Virus record (IMG/VR): IMGVR_UViG_2880329822_000001
Coordinates: 1-64,000 of that record
Origin: a virus
Taxonomy: Duplodnaviria; Heunggongvirae; Uroviricota; Caudoviricetes
Reading direction: 5' to 3' (one strand)
Length of the DNA: 64,000 nt
Positions 56,876 through 64,000 of the stretch are shown here, piece by piece. A program made the position numbers and the translations under genes. Under the pieces are notes generated by a model, which was not told the DNA's origin, did not search any database, and worked only from the letters and a program-made list of their open reading frames with translations. The first letter of the stretch is position 1. Every line of letters starts with the position of its first letter.

Positions 56876-57538
56876 TTACGCAGCTGGCGACTCAGCCACT
56901 TCAACAGTTGCTGTAGCCTTATGGCTTCCGTCTTCCGAAGTAATTTCAATGGTGGCGACACCAGCTGCAATACCTGTCACTACACCCGACTGGTCGATGG
57001 TGGCAAATTCAGGGTTCTTAGAAGTCCAGGTCACTTTTTTATTAGTCGCGTTATCAGGTACAACATTAGCGGCCAACGTTACTGTTTCACCTTTATTAAC
57101 AGTGGTGGAATTCGGAGTGATGGACACTGATTCAACGGAAACAGATTTAACGATTAACTCAACCGTTGATGACAACTTTGTTTCTGAGTCCGTTACAGAA
57201 ATCTGTACTGCACCTGGAGCTATGCCAGTCACCAAACCAGATGCGCTAATGGTGGCGATCTTGGCGTTAGCACTTTTCCACGTAAATGAACCTGAACTTT
57301 TGCTCATAGAGATACCTGCATTTAATTGCACTGTCTTCCCTACCAAAACAGATGGCGAAGTAGGTGTGATAGCTAAGGCTTGAGTAAATGGAACGGCCTG
57401 AAGACAGGCAGCAAGATAATTCTGCTGACGCTCGCTTAAAGACTCGTTAGAAATGGAATTAGTGAATCCGGCTCTACACATATGACCCGTATAGTCAGAA
57501 AACGCCTCTTCCGTAATTTTCATCTTTTGTTCTGGCAT
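56876..57538 (-). CDS. Ig-like (Big_2) domain protein, probable capsid decoration/head fibre
   Basis: Two Big_2-like repeats (VTLAANVVPDNATNKKVTWTS...); immediately after the capsid gene. Confidence 0.55.
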   Translation of the reverse strand: MPEQKMKITEEAFSDYTGHMCRAGFTNSISNESLSERQQNYLAACLQAVPFTQALAITPTSPSVLVGKTVQLNAGISMSKSSGSFTWKSANAKIATISASGLVTGIAPGAVQISVTDSETKLSSTVELIVKSVSVESVSITPNSTTVNKGETVTLAANVVPDNATNKKVTWTSKNPEFATIDQSGVVTGIAAGVATIEITSEDGSHKATATVEVAESPAA

Positions 57539-57553
57539 CCTTCGCTCCTACAA

Positions 57554-57580
57554 AAAGGGTGGGCGCATAGCCCACCCTTT
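57554..57580 (-). terminator. Terminator after the major capsid gene (11-bp stem AAAGGGTGGGC/GCCCACCCTTT)
   Basis: Perfect hairpin; T-tract within the stem. Confidence 0.55.
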
Positions 57581-57612
57581 ACAAGTAGATAACTACTTAC
57601 CTACTAATCAAA

Positions 57613-58494
57613 TTAAATTTTAACGTTAGTTAAAGCAGCAATTGCTTTGTCATGCTTGTTAGCAAGAGAACAGTACCACTTAACACGAGTACGAACGGCA
57701 TCTTTGTTCTGAACAGTACCAATATTCTCAACAACGATACCAGCGTTCTCGCCGCCGTACAGACCAGTCACACCATTTTCTTCTGACAGATGTAAACCGT
57801 AAATGTCAGCAGCCGCTCCATCTTCACTTTTTGGAATAAAATCGTTGATAATAAACGGAATACCATTATGACACAGCATAGGACGACCGAAGTTTTCCAT
57901 CATAATTTCTGACGGTCCGACATTAACGGTACGAAGCAGTGCGCGATACGCACGCAGATGCTCAGAACGCATCATGATACAGTCGGCACCCAGATCTTTA
58001 ATTGCATCTACCAGTTCATCAAACATGGAGAAGGTCATAGATGCTTTAGCAATATCGATTTTCTGATCGTTATGCATCAGCTTAGGAATTCCATCGAACG
58101 CTTTGGTATTCTCGGTAGAATTACCCAAAATAATATTGCGACGGAACGCACGAGCCAGACCTTTCACTTTCTGGCGAACCTGAATTGCCAACTGGCTGTT
58201 AGTATCTGACATCGTAGTCGCCAAGAATTTGTCGACATCCACGTCGCCAGCCAGAATACGCAATTTGGCAACATGTTCGGTGAAAGTTGCAGCGCCTTCG
58301 GCAATGGTGTCATTGACATCAATAAAGGTTGCTTCACTCAGTGTAGCTTCACGATTGTAAAGATACGCCTTCGAGTCGATCTTCATAAACGGTAAAATAG
58401 CGAACAGGTCATCGCGATCGATAATAGTCTCGATCACCCCCTGCTCAAGTTCATTGTTAGACAGCTTTTCAGCTTCTTCACGCAGTAATGGCAT
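57613..58494 (-). CDS. Major capsid protein (putative)
   Basis: 293 aa between the scaffold and decoration genes. Confidence 0.6.
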   Translation of the reverse strand: MPLLREEAEKLSNNELEQGVIETIIDRDDLFAILPFMKIDSKAYLYNREATLSEATFIDVNDTIAEGAATFTEHVAKLRILAGDVDVDKFLATTMSDTNSQLAIQVRQKVKGLARAFRRNIILGNSTENTKAFDGIPKLMHNDQKIDIAKASMTFSMFDELVDAIKDLGADCIMMRSEHLRAYRALLRTVNVGPSEIMMENFGRPMLCHNGIPFIINDFIPKSEDGAAADIYGLHLSEENGVTGLYGGENAGIVVENIGTVQNKDAVRTRVKWYCSLANKHDKAIAALTNVKI

Positions 58495-58519
58495 CTTTCA
58501 TTTCCCTATGATCAAGATG

Positions 58520-59416
58520 TTACTTGAGTCCGATTTTCCCCAGACCGGAAGTCAACTTATCCATTGTCGACTTATTCTTTGGCTGGTTTACTTTATGGGT
58601 CGGTTTGCTGTTTGAACCGGCACCCTGCTTGGCTTCGCTGCGCATCAATGCGTCAGCCTCCGGATCAGCACGCAGAATGCGCTCAATCGCGGATTCGAAC
58701 GGTAACGGCTTACCTTCGCCGTCAACCAGAACTGCACGTTCCTTTTGACCGGCTGGCTTGTCATAGCCAACAACGCTACCGTCTTCACCCACTTCAAAAT
58801 GGGAGCCGTAGATAACGCGCGCTTTTGCCGGTGTCATCAGAACCTTTTCACGCAGGAAGGTAGAGCCGCTGAATGACGCGCCGACAGTCATTTCGACCAA
58901 CTGAGCTTTTAAGGCGGCGTTTTCACTCTCCAAAGCAGAGAATCGTTCGTCACGCTGTGCCAGCTCATGCTGATGCGCTTCGATCATCTGTTTTTTAACA
59001 GCATCGAATTCGCCTCGACGTTCCAGTTCAGCTTGCTCCGCCTCACGGCGTGCATCTTCTGCGGCTTGTTCAGCTTCCAGAAGCTGACGAGCACGCGCCG
59101 GGTCAATATCACCGTACTGAGCAAGCTGATCGGATAATGTGCGCTCTTTTTCCTTGCGCTTCATATTCTCTTTCAGCAGATCAGCGCCAGCTTTCTTAGA
59201 CTTACGCAGTTCGGCCAACAACTCTTCTGGAGTCAAACCAGATAAATCGTCGTCCTCCCCCTTCGGCTGCTCTTTTTGCTCACCCTGTTTACCTGGATCT
59301 TGCGTGCCCTGATCGTTATCACCAGCAAGAGCACCAGCACCTGCGCCTCCACGCTCATGCGATTCGGCTACATCCATCAGACCACGACGGGCCATAAGCA
59401 TTTGCCACAGATTCAT
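58520..59416 (-). CDS. Scaffolding protein (putative)
   Basis: E/A/R-rich coiled coil, between portal and capsid. Confidence 0.6.
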   Translation of the reverse strand: MNLWQMLMARRGLMDVAESHERGGAGAGALAGDNDQGTQDPGKQGEQKEQPKGEDDDLSGLTPEELLAELRKSKKAGADLLKENMKRKEKERTLSDQLAQYGDIDPARARQLLEAEQAAEDARREAEQAELERRGEFDAVKKQMIEAHQHELAQRDERFSALESENAALKAQLVEMTVGASFSGSTFLREKVLMTPAKARVIYGSHFEVGEDGSVVGYDKPAGQKERAVLVDGEGKPLPFESAIERILRADPEADALMRSEAKQGAGSNSKPTHKVNQPKNKSTMDKLTSGLGKIGLK

Positions 59417-59438
59417 AGAAATTCCTTTTCGTTACTTA

Positions 59439-61019
59439 TCACTCGGTCTCTTGAGTAGATGAGTTCCCCATTCTCTTGGGGTTTTCCTGCCCGCTTTCTT
59501 GGGCCTTACCATGATAATAAGTAAGTACTGACTTATTTTCAAGGGAATTAAGATCATTTTTTGGCGGAAATTTCAAGAGATCTTTATCAAATTCTCTTTT
59601 CATCGCTTCGGTAATATTTGGAAAGACCTTTTCGATAAGCATTTCCATCTGATGGCGACGTACAGAGTCTGGCGCCTGAATTATCGATAGTTTCTCGGCA
59701 ACAGCAAATTCATCGGTTAGGCCACGAATATCAAAACTTTCGGGGTACGCGATAAGAGAGTGGTCTTCGTCAAGATCGACCCCCATCCATTTCGCAGCAA
59801 GCAACATCATCTGACGCTCAGCCCTTTCTAGACGCTCCGCTTTTGTCACCAACAGACTGTTCACTCGCTGGAAGTCATACATCTTGGCCGCACCAGAAGA
59901 GTTATCTATTCCTTGTGCGTTATCCTGCTTGGTTCGTTCGCCGGCAACGCCAACAGAATGGTAGATCTCATTAATTACCGTCTTAATAGTAGTTATGATC
60001 ATCTGTGCCTGTTTTGGGTCCGGAGATAGATAGAACGGCTTATTTCCACCCTCGGAATCGTAGGTGAAAACACGCTTTGTCCCCATTTCGAGTACTTTTG
60101 TGTGGTTATCATCACCAGGCAGCAATGACTGAACCGGAATAGCTAACTGGCTGAATGTCTGATCCTGAATAATCGCATCAAGGTTAGACAGGTAGTTGGC
60201 TACGGCGCGGTCAAGATAAGCAATATCATCTATCAATGAAGGGCTAAAATATGGAGATTCACTCTCGCCAATGCAGTCCACAGGGAACACAGGCACAACG
60301 CCAAGATTATGCTCGCCACAATCTTCAAGCACCACTTTTGCTTGACGACGACCAGCCCCCTTCTTCGTCTCTTCACGGAAAAGATACCATTCGTTTTGAG
60401 TCCACAGTCTATAGCGCTGGAATTCCAGACCTGAAGAGGTGAAAGGATCTTCGTCATCACGCGCAACCTCCACAATAAGCGCCCACAGCATCTTGCCTTC
60501 TTCATCCCATGCAACATCAAGCAGTTGCTGTGGTGCAATCCAGTAAGCGTAGGCGCGAGCATCTTTCTGTTTCTCATCCGCAACGGATTCAACATCTCCA
60601 TTCATGGTGCTATCAACGACAATCCAGATGCGGCCATAGATAGATGACTGTAGATCAATGGCTGCCATAAACGCATCAATAGAGGAGTTCTGGCGTGTGG
60701 CTCTTTTCCAGAAATTACGTATCTGTTCAGGTGCTTCTTCCAGATTACGATGAATATCCTCTTTAAAGAGATATTTGTTAATGAGATTCACTACTTCACG
60801 AGTGTGGTTAAAGCGGTAGGCTCGTTCCAGGCGTTCTTTAAACTCCTGATCTCCCTCTTTAAAGTAGCGGAAAATATTGTCGTTAAACCAGGAACGACCG
60901 CCAGCGTAGGTGCTGGAGAGAAAGTCCCAGTGCTCTTTTTTCTTCTCATATTCTGGGTGGCGCCGAGCCACCAGGTCTTTTATTTGCTTATCAGTAAATT
61001 CCATTTTCTTTATTTCCAT
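59439..61019 (-). CDS. Portal protein
   Basis: 526 aa, directly downstream of TerL. Confidence 0.75.
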   Translation of the reverse strand: MEIKKMEFTDKQIKDLVARRHPEYEKKKEHWDFLSSTYAGGRSWFNDNIFRYFKEGDQEFKERLERAYRFNHTREVVNLINKYLFKEDIHRNLEEAPEQIRNFWKRATRQNSSIDAFMAAIDLQSSIYGRIWIVVDSTMNGDVESVADEKQKDARAYAYWIAPQQLLDVAWDEEGKMLWALIVEVARDDEDPFTSSGLEFQRYRLWTQNEWYLFREETKKGAGRRQAKVVLEDCGEHNLGVVPVFPVDCIGESESPYFSPSLIDDIAYLDRAVANYLSNLDAIIQDQTFSQLAIPVQSLLPGDDNHTKVLEMGTKRVFTYDSEGGNKPFYLSPDPKQAQMIITTIKTVINEIYHSVGVAGERTKQDNAQGIDNSSGAAKMYDFQRVNSLLVTKAERLERAERQMMLLAAKWMGVDLDEDHSLIAYPESFDIRGLTDEFAVAEKLSIIQAPDSVRRHQMEMLIEKVFPNITEAMKREFDKDLLKFPPKNDLNSLENKSVLTYYHGKAQESGQENPKRMGNSSTQETE

Positions 61020-61036
61020 TTTAGGTAAGCACTTAC

Positions 61037-62293
61037 TTATCTAGATCCGCCAAGAATAACACGATTTTTCACCGGATACCTACGATGAACTGGATAGCCC
61101 AACGCATCAGTACTGTGTTCTATACCACCGCTCTTATCAATATCTCGTGAGCCTGGTTTGTATATAACCTTTTCAAGAGAATCGATTAGATGTTTGCATT
61201 TTGGATCAATATAAAGTCGCGTTTCTCCAGACGCACTAAGTAGCATACGATTTACGGCATTTACACGATCTGCTATTGGCGGGTGCTTCTTCGGATAATC
61301 AACTCGCAGAAATCCCTTTTCCTTGAAAATATCCACGTCAGATTCACCGCGCGCGTGCTGTCGATACGCGCCAGCCGGGTCAGGAAAAACCGTTATCTGT
61401 GACTTCCAGCGCCAGAAACGACGCTCCAGCTCATCACACACTTCTGCCGTATTTGATGAGAAAAGCACCAGCTCGTCGACCGCCCACAGTTCCCCGTTTG
61501 GCTGCGGCTGCAGGATAACTGAGGACATTGGGTCGATGTTGAAGTCCTGACCAACCCAGATAGGTAGTTTTGGATTGAACTGGAGCGACTTGACATGAAC
61601 GCTTCGATCGAAAGGATAGTAAACACGACCGGACATGTTTTCGAAGCTTGCAAGGTACTCCTGAGCGAACGACTTAGGGTCCATATCATTCTTCGCGGCT
61701 TCGATTTCCGCAGTGGGAACGAACGGAGAGTCCGCAGTAACAAACTGCCAACTCTTCCACTGACCTTTACGCTGTAGCTCCTTGTTCTGGCCTATAGTCC
61801 AAAGTTTGTGGAACTCCGAGAAACCTTTTGGTGTACCGATAATCAGCGCACCACCGCGAGTAGAGGACAATGTTGGACGAAGCACCTTGTACCAGGTATC
61901 AGCCTTCATATCCTGAAACTCATCGAGTACCACGAAATGAAGCGCAACACCACGGAGCGTATCTGGCTTATCAGCGCCTTTTAGCGCTATCTCCGATCCG
62001 TTCTTCAACACGATGGTCATCGTGGTGTCGTTTTTCTTCCTAACCCATTTACGAGGCAGCACTTCCTGCAGGTCATCCCACAAGATCTGGCGAGCCATCT
62101 GGTATGTCGGTGCGACATACCAAACGCGTTGTTTTTTCTCTTTAGCTGCGGCGCGAATGATTGTGGAGATCGACAGACGAGATTTTCCCCAGCGTCGCCC
62201 AGCACATACTACTTTGAAGCGATGTGGTGACTGGAAGACGGTCATCTGTCCAGAATGTAACTGCACGAGACTTAGAGATGACGGGATGGCCAT
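61037..62293 (-). CDS. Terminase large subunit
   Basis: Walker A CAGRRWGKS, Walker B VVLDEFQD, C-terminal nuclease-like acidic residues. Confidence 0.85.
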   Translation of the reverse strand: MAIPSSLSLVQLHSGQMTVFQSPHRFKVVCAGRRWGKSRLSISTIIRAAAKEKKQRVWYVAPTYQMARQILWDDLQEVLPRKWVRKKNDTTMTIVLKNGSEIALKGADKPDTLRGVALHFVVLDEFQDMKADTWYKVLRPTLSSTRGGALIIGTPKGFSEFHKLWTIGQNKELQRKGQWKSWQFVTADSPFVPTAEIEAAKNDMDPKSFAQEYLASFENMSGRVYYPFDRSVHVKSLQFNPKLPIWVGQDFNIDPMSSVILQPQPNGELWAVDELVLFSSNTAEVCDELERRFWRWKSQITVFPDPAGAYRQHARGESDVDIFKEKGFLRVDYPKKHPPIADRVNAVNRMLLSASGETRLYIDPKCKHLIDSLEKVIYKPGSRDIDKSGGIEHSTDALGYPVHRRYPVKNRVILGGSR

Positions 62294-62295
62294 AG

Positions 62296-62937
62296 TTATA
62301 CACTCCCATCATCTTCATCTTCCGAAGCAGTAGAATCGCTCCCAGCTTCGCTCAGTGCTTCCTCTTCGAGTGATTCCAGCAGATCATCATCAATAGGTTC
62401 AGGCTCATCATCATCTTTACGCAACTGAGCCACTTGGGAAGGGGTAAGTTCGCCAAATACCAGATTAGGAATTTCTTCTTCGTCGTTTTCCGCGCGATCC
62501 ATGCCAAGTGCTTTCGATGAGATATCGAAACACTTAGCAAGCGTGCCACTTGCACGCTGGAGGCTTTTCAGATCGTCTTCAATGGCTGCTAGAGGTTTAC
62601 CTTCTTTTTTAGCGGTAGCAACCTCATGCATTACCATGCGGCCTAACGCAAAAGCCCAGTCATCATAGCGAGTACGACGCTCTTCAATTTTGTCTGCACG
62701 CGCTTTTGCACGCAGTTCAGCGTCAGATTTGAGCGATTCTCGTACCATCTTTCCAACGGAATCAGCACCTTTCTCTAAACCGCGCTTTTTAAAATGTCTG
62801 GATAGCGTTTCACGACGAATGCCGTACTCTTCTTCCAACTTTGAGAGTGTGTATTCGCCTGATGTCCACTTCGCTTCGGCTTCAGCCCACTCAGCTGGTG
62901 TCAGGCGAGTTTTGCTCTCGTCTTTTTCTACAGTCAT
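62296..62937 (-). CDS. Terminase small subunit (N-terminal HTH, acidic C-terminus)
   Basis: LSKLEEEYGIRRETLSRHFKKRG HTH; start overlaps TerL. Confidence 0.7.
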   Translation of the reverse strand: MTVEKDESKTRLTPAEWAEAEAKWTSGEYTLSKLEEEYGIRRETLSRHFKKRGLEKGADSVGKMVRESLKSDAELRAKARADKIEERRTRYDDWAFALGRMVMHEVATAKKEGKPLAAIEDDLKSLQRASGTLAKCFDISSKALGMDRAENDEEEIPNLVFGELTPSQVAQLRKDDDEPEPIDDDLLESLEEEALSEAGSDSTASEDEDDGSV

Positions 62938-63049
62938 AGATCCCTCTAAAGCACACAGAGCACATCCTTATGCTCCTAAACAACTTGTTTAAAGATTTTT
63001 CTAACTAATTTGTTTTCTGGGATGTTTAAATCAGAACTGAGTATTTTTC

Positions 63050-63111
63050 ATAGCCTGCTTCCGTATATATTTAATAAGTGATTTATTATTTAATATACGG
63101 AAGCAGGCTAT
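63050..63111. repeat. 60-bp palindrome B: perfect 19-bp arms ATAGCCTGCTTCCGTATAT / ATATACGGAAGCAGGCTAT around a 24-bp A/T loop; upstream of terS
   Basis: Near-identical to palindrome A at 32367-32426. Confidence 0.65.
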
Positions 63112-63130
63112 AAACTGACTCCAGTTGAAC

Positions 63131-63397
63131 TTACATCACCAGTAACTTAGCTCTTGCCCGACCTAATGTTGTCAGCCCCAGAGTGCGACGGTAGTAACCA
63201 GAGTCATCGCGCTGGCGACATATTCCTTTCTCAACCAGCCCTTTTTTCACCAGTGCGCGAATCGAAAACTGCATACTTTGTTTAGTTGTTTTGTACGGAA
63301 GTACTTCCAGCAATTCATCCAGATCGAGCAAGTGGCCACGTTCATGACCTAAATTGATGGTTTTGATGATGTCTTTTTGTTTGTCGGTTAAAGTCAT
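63131..63397 (-). CDS. Small winged-helix-like DNA-binding protein (88 aa)
   Basis: ORF; SIRALVKKGLVEKG recognition-helix-like. Confidence 0.4.
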   Translation of the reverse strand: MTLTDKQKDIIKTINLGHERGHLLDLDELLEVLPYKTTKQSMQFSIRALVKKGLVEKGICRQRDDSGYYRRTLGLTTLGRARAKLLVM

Positions 63398-63406
63398 GGC
63401 AAATCC

Positions 63407-63994
63407 TTATGCCGGTAAAGCAATTTCTAGAGGTTTATCAAAAGGCTGTTTATCAAATGCCAGCAGTGGTAGTGTGCCTGGTAATTGTCGACCAAAATCA
63501 GGGTTGCGATACACGCCATACAGCGGAGATGTGAAGCTCAGATTATGAATATCCTTGAGTAGTTTCACGATACTGGCCTCATCCACCAGACTGTCGGCAA
63601 TGTCCTGAATTGTGGTGCCGCGATTACGTCCAGCTTTGGCAAGAGAACTGTTCTTGTGATAGTCCGCAACCAGATCGCGAAGCGCACGACGACGACGAGG
63701 TTCACTCATAGCTAATAGTTCTTTGACAATCGATTCGTTATCGCCAGGGTCTGAACGGAAATGGCGCTGGAATACACGTAGAGCACTTTCATAGCTCTTC
63801 GGACGCTCAGGACGGATAAACTGGAACCCTGCTTTCATAGCGAACGGGTTGTATTTGCTCATCGACGACTGGATCTCGATGATTGGCCGGTCATGCATCC
63901 TGCTAACCAGGTTAATCATTCGATAGGAAACGCCGACACCGCGGTACTGAGTGTCCACAACGGAACGACTGATCACCGCAAAGTTGTTGTTCAC
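63407..63994 (-). CDS. Hypothetical protein (at least 195 aa; N-terminus may lie beyond the window end)
   Basis: ORF reaching to within 6 nt of the window edge. Confidence 0.4.
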   Translation of the reverse strand: MNNNFAVISRSVVDTQYRGVGVSYRMINLVSRMHDRPIIEIQSSMSKYNPFAMKAGFQFIRPERPKSYESALRVFQRHFRSDPGDNESIVKELLAMSEPRRRRALRDLVADYHKNSSLAKAGRNRGTTIQDIADSLVDEASIVKLLKDIHNLSFTSPLYGVYRNPDFGRQLPGTLPLLAFDKQPFDKPLEIALPA

Positions 63995-64000
63995 GTACCG

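Overview
This window looks like most of the genome of a temperate siphovirus-type phage-plasmid. Almost every gene is on the minus strand and the genes are tightly packed and translationally coupled.

From left to right:

- **1-1800, replication control.** A P1-type RepA initiator sits inside two iteron arrays. About 3 copies lie upstream and 10 downstream; the core is TATGCTGTCAGCGGTA.
- **1.8-18 kb, replication/recombination module.** It holds an SPFH lipoprotein, a RecA/UvsX-like recombinase, a 5'-3' flap nuclease, a gp32-like ssDNA-binding protein, a full-length DnaE (Pol III alpha), and a CobS/CobT-like AAA+/VWA pair.
- **18-23.5 kb.** An XRE-type regulator faces a tyrosine recombinase that has a loxP-like 13-7-13 palindrome beside it. 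Next come a plus-strand two-gene insert, a NrdH-like glutaredoxin, PhoH, and an AT-rich plus-strand orphan gene encoding a membrane-anchored 438-aa protein.
- **23.5-25.3 kb.** A highly structured noncoding stretch with a canonical tRNA-Asn(GUU), a tRNA-like 3' fragment, paired long hairpins and a perfect 17-bp inverted repeat.
- **25.3-35 kb.** Small coupled membrane proteins, ATP-dependent DNA ligase, DnaG-like primase, DnaB-like helicase, a type-Ib ParA/ParG-like partition pair, and an Rz/Rz1-type lysis cassette.
- **35.1-39.2 kb.** A Gin/Cin-like serine invertase next to a gix-flanked invertible segment (about 3.45 kb) that swaps the C-terminus of the side tail fibre and its assembly chaperone.
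- **40.9-62.9 kb.** A lambda-order tail/head module: J, I, K, L, M, tape measure, G/G-T frameshift chaperone, V-like tube with an Ig domain, capsid, scaffold, portal, TerL, TerS.

Two families of dispersed regulatory motifs mark operon starts (a TAAGTACTTA-type palindrome and AGAAAACAAATT). Two copies of a ~60-bp palindrome sit downstream of the par operon and upstream of terS.

The architecture resembles the SSU5/pHCM2 group of phage-plasmids. That assignment is from memory and has not been checked. No rRNA or CRISPR array is seen. Of the loci examined, the AT-rich orphan gene, the plus-strand two-gene insert and the structured tRNA region are the most likely to hold something novel.
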